This document shows positions 1-12,109 of a stretch of 64,000 bases of DNA, one piece after another. Position 1 is the first letter of the stretch. Each line of letters begins with the position of its first letter. The stretch spans positions 38,560-102,559 of the forward strand of contig JAAPAO010000051.1 in the NCBI GenBank assembly GCA_013115145.1, in the 5' to 3' direction. The notes below the pieces were generated by a model, which was not told where the DNA came from, ran no database searches, and saw only the letters and a list, made by a program, of their open reading frames with translations. A program made the translations under genes and the position numbers. The stretch comes from Perkinsus chesapeaki ATCC PRA-425 (Eukaryota > Protista > Perkinsozoa).

Positions 1-304
1 TACACCGCGTTGATTTTGCGAGGAGTTTGTAACAACCTTTGAGCTGATCTACGACCGAATAGAGCCGAGAGAGATCACCAGCTTGATAAATTGCCATCAA
101 CCAATTAAATGGCGATTGGCGTATAACCCGTTGGCATCACTTTCGTACGCGGAGCAGAACTGCTGCAAACTCCGAAAACGCAACCTTATTTTGAAATAGC
201 GTAATAAAGTCCTATGGCGGTTTTGGCGAGTAAAGCCTATGCAGTATGTGTACCACTAAGTCTTGCTTCTTCTTTCTAATACGTTTCAAGTGTTCAGCCT
301 GATA

Positions 305-2870
305 TCAACTATATCTAGCTGACACTCGCCCCTGTGCATCGCTTACGTCTACGCGGTGCCAAGCATTTTGATGTTGCCTGGAAATAGCACCAATAATCCT
401 ATCATCTATCAGATCTATCACATCCTCCGGCCTGAGTCGAGGACTCCTGAGAAACTCGAGATTGCAGAGATGATTTGTACGTAACAGCATACCCCTCAGG
501 CATTCGTTGAACGATATCCGTGAGTAAGGCCTGAACCGCTTCGAAGTGCATCGGAGCTACGCCAAGGCTTTCGCATTTGGCTCTGTCAGCAGTCGGCAAC
601 TCCTCGTAATGGGGCAACGACCCCGCTGTCCTAAGGACGATAGGAATAAACTTGAAAAACAAATCAATGCCATGCTACCAGGTCGATGAAGCGCTCCCGC
701 CGTCCAATGGCATCATCTGTGACCTCGAGAGAGTTGCATTATCAGTGTAGACATAAGCGGTGTTTGCATTGCACCGCCTAAGATCTCATAATGCACGACA
801 CAGTGAAAGCCAAGCTTTACTTCATGGTGTCACGTCTAACTTTCTCAACCTGGAGGTATCTTTGATAATCTTTCTCATCTCCACACCCCTTTAACCTCCT
901 ATCCGTTCGCATATCCAATTCCTAGCATGTATCGTATCAGTACCAGATGATGCGTTTGAAAAATACCTTTTGCAGCTTGAACTCGCGGCTCAAGCCCGTG
1001 GCCATACGACTTAAAACTTCATCGGCTGTCTCATCTATAGCGGGTGCAAAGATCTTCAGTCGCTCGAATATCAACTGACAGGACAAGGTACCCGAGGGTA
1101 CAGCACATACCAGCACACACCTTCTCTTCTGTTTTTCGCCTCTTGCAAGTAGACTGGTACTCAGCGAAGTTTGCTCCGACGTTATACATGAAGCTTGGAC
1201 GGTCGTGTGGATGAACAAGTATATTTTTTCTTCGTTCTCGCTCTGTCACCTACAAATGCAGAAGCAACTCTGAATCGGGTCCTGTCAAGTTCACGGACCA
1301 GTTGATGGTAGGCCATCATTATACGACCGTGCCTTTCAGTTTCGGGATCATTCATATTAGGCAACTTGTCCGTTTGATTTGCGCTGATCAACTCTGCTAT
1401 GAGGCTCTCAGCGTCCGGATTCCAGTCGTTTTCGAACTCGTCTCGATAGACACTACATCTGAGAGTTCAGGTATTCCGATAAAGGAACAGGCAAGCTGTG
1501 AGCAAAAACATACTTTAGGAACTCATTGATATCGGGAATCTCTTTCAATTTTCCACGCCCTCCAGCCAGGTGAGGCAATACTGTTAAGGACGCTTGATTA
1601 GTCGCCGGATCTGCATCAGTAACATTGAAATACCGCATGTTGAGTACCAGTACCTGGCTCGGGCGATGGAGAATTGAATTTCCCATCGGGACTCGAGGGG
1701 GCAGGGAAGCTATTTGTATCACTGGCCGCAGGAGAATGGTCTCCTACAATAAAAATCTCAGTTTTCCTGCAAGCGTTGGATCTTCCTAGAACCTGTGGTT
1801 ACAGCATCTGCATCACTGTCTCGCGGTGTCGGGCTTGGCGAGGAGGTAGACTTCTGCTGCATGGTCGAATTGAAGCTGACGAGATAACGCAAGTAGCAGG
1901 TAGTTTTGTGTTACTAGTTTGATATATTATTTATGCACTTTTCCACTTGACCCTCAGAGATATGCCGTAAGTTAGCACCACCAATGTTAGCACACTGCTG
2001 TATTATCCTCTCAAGATGAAGAGGGTGTCTAAAAAATAACAAACGAGCTCAACTATTTACCATAGCGCTACGTACTTTTCACTCGTGCCAGCCCCACCAA
2101 TGACTCCCATTAGCCCGACAATTTCACGTTTATTGAGTTTTAGCCTTAGATGCGGTACCGTTCCTCCGCCTACTGGGGGAATGCCGCCTAGCAAAGGTTA
2201 TCCACTTATCAAATGCTGTACGCTTACCAGGAAATCTAGGGCTCTTGGAAGGATAAGGTTCTTGATACTCTCGCTGCCGCGGATTCGCTGGGCTGCTGCC
2301 AGCAAACCCTGTACTTGTCGAGAGCTGCCGTCCGCGGAACTCGTTACCGATACGAGGTACGACATAGTATCTACGACACTTGAGCTGCACCTATAAGCAA
2401 TGAAACATCAGGTCGTACTTGTGTGTCCTTAAATGTGTCCCAAACTCGACGCCATTAGCGAAACACTTAACACATAGGCAGATTCTGCCGGCCTCCTTGG
2501 GACACTCTGCACACACAATGTAGGCGTTGGAAGTTAGTCCTGAGAGATTAAGCATCCTTATAATTGAGAACGCTTAGGGCTTACTGAAGTTCAGTCGGCA
2601 AGACTCGCATACTGCCTTGTCCCCGAGGACATCAGCGAGGTCACCGACGTTCATCCAAGGAGGCATGAACGATGGATGGTGGTCGGCATTATCCTTCTCA
2701 GTTTTATGATCATCGGCTGGTTGGTCGTCGTCGTTTGTTCCTTTTCTATTGCTGAGATCTTGTGCTCTAGCTTTCCCTCGGTTCTCCGGCTCTGGCTCTG
2801 GTGAGATACTCCTACCGGCTCTGCCGCGAGTGGATCGACGAGGAGTGATGTGTGTGTCAAGGCCATCCAT
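305..2870 (-). CDS. ADA2: Transcriptional adaptor ADA2-like (SAGA) protein, multi-exon
   Basis: Spliced ZZ finger CESCRLNFRLTSNAYIVCAECPKEAGRICLCVKCFANGVEFGTHLRTHK (~2420-2610). ADA box YRDEFENDWNPDAESLIAEL (~1390-1450), followed by ERERRKNIL and IFERLKIFAPA...GLSREFKLQK. SWIRM-like C-terminus PHYEELPTADRAKCESLGVAPMHFEAVQALL. ATG at 2870 (MDGLDTHIT). Confidence 0.75.
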
Positions 2871-3032
2871 CCTACCAGAACATTCTCTTTCCCAAAAGAT
2901 ACACAAAAATAGCTTGAACACAACACGGTGATTGTTACACATCATTGCACTTCACTCGAATACATGAGAATACTTCATTTCGTACGATTCAAAGTGCTGT
3001 AGTTGTATTGTCTCAGGCGGATGTAGTTGTCA

Positions 3033-6000
3033 CTATCCTGCCATGCGGGGGTTCAGAGCATCCTTGATGGCGAATATAGTAGCGCGCTTAGCTTGGCCCG
3101 CCTTCTCGAGCTCGTTGGAAGCTCCCAGTGCGTATCTTTAAGGAAAAGTCGACCCAGGCTGAAACGTAGGTATTCCCTGTCTTACTGTTTGGTTTTTATG
3201 CTCTTCACGTCAGAATGGCCTCTCCTGACAATATTCCTCAAGGTGTCCTTCACACCCGATACTCTATGTATGATGCTTCGCCGACCTCGAACGCTCGCTT
3301 ATAATGTTAGGTCGAATAACTCTTTTCGCTCACCTCCATCAGATGGTACTTTACATCCCGCGGGGCCGGTTTGTACTTCATGCTCTCTGTGCGAAGCTAC
3401 TAATCGGTCCATGCCAGGAGGACTAAGAGCCCCTGCTGTAGGACTGCGAAGAGTACCCCAAGGAATAGTAGGAATCTTCATAATGGACAACTGGCACATT
3501 GGAATTTTAGTTACTTACAGAAGGATTATCTAACAGTCCATAGTCGTCACTTGATGCAATGTGCTCAGGCCGTGGGGTTGGAAGCCGCCCCTGCGAGAAT
3601 AAAGTTCTCCCGAGGAGGGAGCTTGTAAGTAAGCTACATCAAGGGAGGCGGCACGGAGTGATATCGGACCTTTACCGCTGAAGTACGGTTCATCTAGCTC
3701 TCGCTGACGGCCTGTCGTTACATTCCATAGTCGCGGTCTGAACATGTCGCCTCGCAAGGTTGTACTAGAACAGGATCCATTCACCGAAAGTCGACTTCAA
3801 AAGCTATTCGTCCGCGAACATTGGCCCTAAGAGCTCGGTCTATTCGTATAGGGTCCGCTGAGACGGTTGCTTCTCGTAGATGAGCAAACGGAAGGAACAC
3901 GAAGCCCTGAACCCCATGGGCTTTGTCTGAAAAGCAACACGAGTACTACTTACCAATGGAATGTGACCCTTATGGAGGGGCACTGGAGGCTCTGGAATGT
4001 CTGCAAAGCCCCCTAAAGAAAGCTGTAGCCTTGCATTCAGCACTGCCAACTTCCGTCTACTCATCAAATCAGTAGCCTAGTTTAAGCGGAGTTCGAGGCA
4101 AGCAGTGCGATTCCAGCCTACTGCGATTTGAGTTATGGTGGTTGGTTCTTCGACTTCGCGATGTTCTCTCTTATTCTCACTTGCAGGCCTTCGCTCATAT
4201 GCCTAAGGACATGACACTAATATGGAAGCTCACTGTTGCTGACCTGGGACACCGCGGCTTCGACTCGTTTTTCGGGAGGCACTTCGGAGAGCCCCTTGCA
4301 AGTCGCAGCAGCAATGTCGCAAGATACCATCACACTGAGAATAGAAACTAAGATCTTCGAATAAAACCAGGCGTATCTTACTCGTCGCGTGGCCCAAGTG
4401 AGTTGCCAAAAGTAAGGTTAGTCGGATCGCTTGCATCCACTGCGTATAGCTCAACTGTAAGCCAACCCTCGTGATCGATGCAGCGGGTATCGAATCTGCC
4501 ACAGCGAGGATCTGAGAACTTACCCTATTGTCGAATAGTGTGAGTAGACCTAAAACTCTCGTGCCAAGATGCAACGCCACCAAGTACTGGCATTGGCTGA
4601 GAAGCGGTCCCCGGCACTGCAGGGGCAATCCCGGCATCCCCTTGTGGCGCGGCCGCTGGCGGAGCCGATTGTTGTTGCGCTTGCGTGCTGGCCCCTCCGT
4701 CCGTTTTGAGACAGCAGCTGGTTATGGCTATGCTTATCCCATCGGCGCGTGAAGGGCAGAACTGTATGCACACATACCTACGAACAAAGTGAGACTAAAA
4801 AGCCTTTGTGGACTCCTACACATTGAGATGGTCGGTAGACATCCCCTCTGCAAATAGATCACAAGCCTGGAGGATGGTGATCATGAAGTGCCCATCTGCA
4901 TTGGGCTTCTACGTGAGACATCTCAACCACAACAACACCATACGGCTGCAAACACTCACCTCGCGGTTGTTGCTAAAACCATCTGCGTTGGAGACCCCGC
5001 GACAAAGTTTATCAGTACTGGCTAGCTCGCCGGATCTAACAATGAATGTACCCCAATCGAACCATGGTGCGTTTCTGTCGGTCTAACCTGTTACGAATAG
5101 CATCCAAGATCGCTTCTATCACCAAGTCGTGTTCTGAGGATTTAGCGATAGCTATAGCGTTGTGGCCACTGTAAGCCTTGATGTCAACGTTAGCACGGCG
5201 ATCGAGGAGCAACTGGGTCGACGGACTCTCGGCGAGTAATAACTCATCTTTCAAACTTGTGCGCAGTCCATATGGCCTTTGGACGCTGCATGCATAAGGG
5301 GGGTCCATCCCTGCTTATCTCTCTGATTTAGCACGGCGTCCAACGATAGTGGAACTGGAAACAACAGATAATAACACAGGGATGCTCACAGGGATAGTCG
5401 CTCACGGCCTTTGGCTGTAGGACCTTGGCCTCGACCAGTGAGGGCCTCGCCCAAGTCCAATATAGAGGCTGCACATATGACTTCCCCCGCATCACATGCA
5501 TAGTGTAATGGAGCCCACCCATCATTATCCTGAATCGGTATTTTTCACATTGAAAAGGGCAGTCGAATATGACCGTTGATAATATGTTACCACCAGCAAG
5601 GGCTAAGGGAGCAATTAATTGCCAATAACCTTCCACACAAGCCAGCATTAGAGCTGTGAGACCATTAGCATCTTGCGCATTGACCTGCAAGTAAAGAGCC
5701 CGAAATGCATCTAGTGCGTCACTAGGTGCATATTGATGGGTCGTCACGGATCTTCTACCTGCTACTAGTAGTGCTCAGAGGAATCTATACCTTAGCTTGT
5801 CCGAACGCAACTTTCCTATTGTTTGAGGATTCGTTGAGCAGCAGCATACGTACTAAGGCGGAATTGCCGCTGTTACAGGCGTGCATCAACAATGTTTTAC
5901 CTGTAGCGCAATAAACCGATCAATAAATAAGGAATGCTATGTTCACCCCTGAAGTCAACATGATCAGCGCTTGCAGGTAGAAGGTGCCTTTGAGGAGACA

Positions 6001-8743
6001 GCAGTGCCACCACGCAAGCTATATGACCACCGTGGGCAGCGCATTGCAAAGGACTTTCACCTGGTATGAATAACATGCTGAAGCCAACTAGACGTGGATG
6101 AAGGTACCGATATTATTCTGAACGTCAAGGTCGTCAAAGTGTGTTGCAAGACAGTTCAATATTTCCATATTGCCATTGATGGCCGCCACGTGGAGAGGCG
6201 TGTTTCCGAAACAGTCCGTGAGCATTAACTAACATACAGTGACTCAGAAGGCGGCGACTAGGCCCCTGTACAGTATCGGGATCCATGTTTCGTAGAGTCT
6301 CAACCTCATTCAACTTCCCCATTTCAACAGCATGATGCAATGCAACATAACCTCTTGGATCCTGCCATCTGCACCCGATAAGTTTGGTACCCACGGATAG
6401 AGGAGACGCTACCGTGTGACGGTCGTAAGCTCTTCTTTGGTCAACCGTCGTAAAACAGGGAGGAGGCCATCCAACAGGTTGCTCCTGACAGCGTAGATGA
6501 GAACATTCCAGCCCCTCTCATCTAGGGCATCTAGACTGGGATTGTAGAGCAAGACCTAGCCCGGGGAAAATCATCGAAGCAGCGCGGGCTTCTTCGCACC
6601 TGGTTGAACAATGTACTAGCTTTCTGGTCCATGGCTATCATGAGTGGTGTCTTCCCAGAGGCATCGAACGCGTTGACATCGGCTCCGTAAGAGAGGAGGA
6701 TCTCGGCCTATTAAGCGAATGCTCCACTGATGAGAGAGAAGTTATGCCCCCACCATGGTGGAATTCCTAGCCTCGAGTGCAAGATGCAGCGGCGACTTGA
6801 AGGTAATATCACTAGCGTTTACGTCAGCTTTACTATTCAGAAGCACTTCAACGACCTACGTAACCCAGACAATTTTCAAGATCACTAAAGCTGGAGCTCA
6901 CAGCAAGGTGCTCGTTTGAAACCGCGTGCATGAGTGGCGTCCTCCCCTGTCGGTCTGCTGAATCTATCTTGGCCCCTTCATACAATAATCTCGATGCAAT
7001 GTATCTCAGATACAACAATATTATAATAAAGGCATACGGCATATCACTCATGACCGTAGGTTGCAGCGTAGGAAAGAGGTGTTCGTCCCTTCTTGTCCGC
7101 TTTATCAATGAAGTCTTTCTTAGTCACTTTCTGCCTACAGGCAGTCGGGGATGAGTGGCAGTACAATCCAGTTGTTTACCGTCGCCCAAATTTCCCTAGT
7201 TTTAGTAGTCTGTCGATCACTATGAGCTCTATACGATTAGGGTAATAAACCCAGAGCTGCCGCGCTTGCTGTTCAACCGAGAGGTTTGCCATGTCCGCAA
7301 AAAGCTCAGCAAGAGGCGTCTATGCCATAATAATGACCAGGTCAGATACTGTTGCGTACCTCCGCTGTACCAGGGCGAGAAGTTGAGGATGAGGAGAGTG
7401 GTCGATGAGCAGTTCCACCGCTTTGAACACCGGCCCGTCTTTTCTCTCGTTCTGCTAGCTCGCGGAGTTGCTGTAGATGGCTGCCCTTTGCTCCTATACC
7501 GTCCCCACCATCCTCGCCAAGAACCATTCTCTCACGAATTTCTTGGATCTATTAAAATGACTCAGCTAGAGAGGAAAGGTGGGGATCCAATGCGATGAGC
7601 ACCTTGTTAATTGCTGCCTTTGTCCAACGTCCTCGGCGCTTCTTCGGTACCGGCGCCACAGGCTCGCCATCTCCATCAGCTACCTAATTTCGTATTTCAT
7701 ATCGTGCGAAAGAGAAAGCGGGAGAAGATACCTGTTGGGCGCCCTGCTTCAGCGACATAAACATCAAGTATCTCGCAAATTCTCTCTGACGCACCTGCAT
7801 ATCACTTCTATCGTGACTGAATAGCTTCCAAATATACCTTCCTCCGCTTCACTCTATCCCGTCTGCTAACGAAGTCCCCCACATAGAGCTTTGGACTTGA
7901 GCTAGCGAAATGCAAGACACCACACCCATACAGGTCTTCGCCTAGTGTAGGAAACTCTTCGGAAGACGATTTGGTAGCTCACAGCCGACGCTAGCTCCTG
8001 CCTTTAGGAGGTACTCAATGACCTTCACGTGTCCATGGAAAACTGCTGCCATGAGAGGAGTCCATCCAAACCTATTCGGTAGGTCCACCTACCACAATGA
8101 CATTACCGACATACCCACTGCGTTTTGGCGCTCTCGTGGTAGGAAAAAACGCGACCCGAAGGTACGTTACCGATGCGCTATGGCGGTTGACCAGTGTTTT
8201 AACAACCTTCTCATGTCCAGCTTCAGCAGCACGGTACAATCCAGTGCAACCTCTGCTGTCTGGAATGTCCACAAAAGCAATATTACGTAAAGCCAGGAAC
8301 TAATGATGTAAAAAAGCATAATTTCGAAAGTATGAGCAAGTATCATACCTCGACCTGCCAGTATCGCCCCTTCCTACAGGCGTTGATGAATGTGCCATTC
8401 GGCTCATCTTCTTTGTCATCTCCTTCGACAGAACCTGCTAGGCAACTGATCACCGTACCAATGAGCTAGTATTGACCGTACCTCTATCTGATACCGAGGG
8501 CGTAGAGTCACCACTTCCCATGGAGAATACTCCCATTGAACCTCTACGATTCTTCCTTTTGCTAGGGGATAAGTCGAAACCCAATACCTCTCCGTTACCT
8601 ACAGTCAATCAAGGAACCCGCTGGATGAAGCCTTCCATACCAAGATAGTCTGGACGATGTGTTTGGATAAACTCCATGGCTTTATTGTGCGACGACTCGA
8701 TATCCAGACGCTCAGCCTCCTGTCTTGCAAGCACCAACCCCAT
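3033..8743 (-). CDS. Multi-ankyrin-repeat protein with C-terminal C2 domain, about 25 exons
   Basis: Ankyrin repeats: DSRGCTGLYRAAEAGHEKVVKTL, TPLMAAVFHGHVKVIEYLL, DRQGRTPLMHAV, DITFKSPLHLAL, DASGKTPLMIAM, DPRGYVALHHAVEMG, DANGLTALMLACVEG. Then C2-like strands FMITILQACDL...YVCIQF, WHESFRFDTRCIDHEGWLTVELYAVD and GFVFLPFAHLREA...VRGRIAFEVDFR. Exons join via GT-AG introns. The 3' end is approximate. Confidence 0.7.
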
Positions 8744-8905
8744 TGTAATCAGTAAACTAGGAATTGGTGATACTGGGCGTACTGGAACACAACCAAAGAA
8801 GTGATAGAGAAGTGAATGACAACAATATCAAGCATCGCATATTCTATACATGATAATCGGTACGATTCTAGCATCCAATCTCATCGGGAGGGCAATGTAG
8901 CGGCT

Positions 8906-11832
8906 CTAAGGCCTGGTGACACGGAAGAAGTCATATGCTACTCTCGGTGGAGGCGGTGATGGAAGAGACATTCGACCATTTAGGTGAAGAGGCTCGGCTC
9001 CTGGCAAAGCTGATCTACAACAAAATCCCCGTGAAAGTCTTACGCGGAGAAAGCTGTGGTCCCTGCAATAAACTAGATGTTGCAAACGTACTAAAGCCTT
9101 GCAGGCCTAGTTGAGGGACTGGCATTGGATTCACCATACGTGTAGGCATCCCAGTTGGGGTTGGTGGAGCTGTTAGAGATACAGGCAGAGATGACCTCCT
9201 GCAGCAGGAATGATCTTCTCGTATCACAGTTGTCGTACGGGGTGATAAAAGTTGGTCGTCCTGCTGAAGCAGATGGAGGAGGTGTCATGCTCGGTATCAC
9301 TTGACGAGCTGTTGTAGCTCCCACACCTGGTACAGCTAAAGGCTGACGGGGCGAGCCCATGGGTGAGGCTGTAGGGTGGCTCGAGGATACTCTATGAGAA
9401 TCTCGCCTCACTTGCTCGGCGTGCAGAGCTGGAGACCCCCTAAAAGGAACAAGGGGATACCATAGAAATACGAAATACTGGCATACCTGAATTTGGTAAA
9501 CGGGCTTTCCACATGATGATCGAGTCTGCGTTCACTATCATGGTATTGGAGTTCTTTCAAGGGTTCTGCTCTCGTTTTCTCCAAGCTGTCGGTAAGAGCA
9601 CTTTCGCGAACTTTATCACATCTGGCTTCGACATCCCCATTCTCGGGTTTCTGATTGGTCTTCACACCACTAAACCTCACACTCTTGGTACTGTTCCGTG
9701 TCATACCGTACGAGCTTAGATGAGCCAGGGAACCTTTCGCACTGCGGGGGCTATCCTCTCCAGTTAAATTCAGACTGAGATTCAGATCAAAGCCGTAAGT
9801 GGACAAAAGCTCAGCATCGCGACCCTCCTCAACAAGGTCATCAACTTTCTCAGGTGGTGGAAGGCCTTCCCTCAAAACCCTGGCCTCGAGACGTACCAAT
9901 TCAAGCATCACCTGATACAGGCTTCGCTCGCAGTATAACGAACAGAAGGAGTATACACACTTGTAGTCTTCGTGCATCAGCTTCTAAGCTAACGGCACTT
10001 CTTTCCTTCTCGATACATAGATCAGCTCGACGAGCGATGCATGCTTGGCTACGTTGAAGCAAGTCAGACACAACCTGTAAAAAGACCCATGCAATCCAGC
10101 AGTCACTGCGCATATGCCCTCTACCTGTTGTTGAGCAATTCTTCTACTTTTTTGGTCGTTAACTGTACTGCCTTCTGACCGTCGATAAGACTGTGCTTCC
10201 ATGACTCGTTGTCGTAGATACCTGTTCAGCGATAATTCTAATGGGATGAGGATATGCATACATACTTTAGACCAGACGGTAACTGAAGAAACTCTACTAC
10301 ACGTTGAGCTTCAACTTCTTGTATGGCAGCTAGTAAGCTGGCCCTTGATAGATCCACGTGCTTTAACTGATGGCTCAATTATATTATAACCTCGCTATGT
10401 TTCGTTTAGTACTCTTTTCGATTCCCACGCATCTACAGCTTCAAGCTCATTGAGTAGATCCTGTTGCTTAGCTGCGAGATCCACAACAAGCCAGCAATGT
10501 TCCTCAGATTGAGAGATACTTTGCCGCCCATTCTCTCGAGACCCAGGAGACTTCCCTTGGCTCTGGAGGCTCTTCCTTCGCGAAGTTGAAGCTGCTCCAT
10601 CTCGTGTAGTGTCATACAAGTGCGCCCTGCGAACATCCGAGACCAAAGACGGCCTGTCATAACCCATTAAGAGACCGATGCGTTCGACCAAATACCTGAA
10701 TGTACACTTCTCCAGCTCTTCCTTAGACTTCTTTCGTTCCTCTTCCTTCTTCCTTGCTGCATGATGGTCCCTACTCTTCAAAATCTCCTCGGCTCTCTGC
10801 CACATGCTTCTGCTGTCCCGCAGAACATACGATGATCTCAATTCGGCCCTTCTAGATTTCGCCTCTCGTATCTCCCTCTCCTCGCGCTCCAAGCGTTCTC
10901 TCTCAGCAGCTTGCTCCAACTCAGCTTGCCGAGCTCTTCGCAGCTTAGAATCCGAGTACAGGTCTGCCGTTATTTGGGCAGATCCTCTACGTGTACTCCG
11001 CCTAGGAGTGTATTCCGGAGAAGAGGCAGGGCCAGACGCCTTCATCGCTCTGCCTGCACCGTTTACCGGAACGCCACGTTCTTTGTTAGCACTAGGTTCC
11101 TCTTTTTCACGACCTTTAGAACTAGCTGAACCGGATGACACGCTGCTGGGTTCCTGTTTAAAAGGGTTGACCACATTTTCGGCTCTGAGCTCTGCACTCC
11201 CTCGACAGCTATACTTTGATTCTCTATCAGGGGTATGCTCGATTTTATCGCGGGAAGCAGAAGGCGGCTCAGAGATGCGAGAGCGTTCACAGTCATCTGT
11301 TGAAACCTCAATTTTCGGAGCATGCCTGCTACCGTCACTAATGTAGACCTCCATGGAAGGGCCTATGGGACCAGCGACACTCCAGTATTGCTACTGCATG
11401 GATACCTGGTGGAGCCGATAGCTCAGACTTTGATGAAGCCGAGCTTGCCCAAGAGCTCATCTTACTCCCGGTCCTTCCAGCAACTTCACTACTGACCTGT
11501 ACTATACCTTATAAGTTACCTCACTTATATGTCACTCTCACCTTTAGGCATGAATTCTGTGGCTCCTTCACCGATTGTGATTCATCACTTCCGAATGGAA
11601 TACAGACTGGACCACCCTGCGGGTTTAAAAGTGAAGATAAAGCTGCCCCACCCTGTCCGGTGGTAGGGCCTTGAGCAGATATGATTCGTGATGCACCGCT
11701 GACGGCTACTGGAGCCCTCGTTATTTGCTGCGGCTGTAGGCCTGAGTAGGCTGCGCTACCCTGCAGAGAATGTGAGTCCGAGAACCAGCTAGGGACAGGC
11801 GATGGGCCAATCCTATTATGGGATGGGAACAT
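8906..11832 (-). CDS. Hypothetical low-complexity/coiled-coil protein, multi-exon
   Basis: ORF segments 11521-11832, 10395-11354, 9408-9977 and 9091-9411 can be joined by GT-AG introns. Charged helix ELEQAAERERLEREEREIREAKSRR and motif KEELEKCTFRP. Ser/Pro-rich tail. Confidence 0.55.
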
Positions 11833-12109
11833 GGCAGATGAAAAGCTGGACTACTCTAGCAGCTGGACTGTAACACAAGCGGACCGGGAGGTACACTCTT
11901 CATTGAACTCATCAACTCAGCACTCCAGTGCAACGAAAACATAACGCAACGACCAGGAACGATAATAGAAGACACACGGCAGACAATTAAACGAAGCAAT
12001 CATATATTAGCATTTCTGATAGATTTCTGAGGCACCACAAGTTCACAAACAGGTACATCAAACACGAGTGACGTTCTCAGTGAGAACTTCTGACTCTCCC
12101 GAAATACGA

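Noticed and set aside
1-97. Minus-strand open frame MAIYQAGDLSRL... running off the window edge
   Set aside because: Only 32 codons with no recognisable motif. It may be the start of the next gene but cannot be supported.
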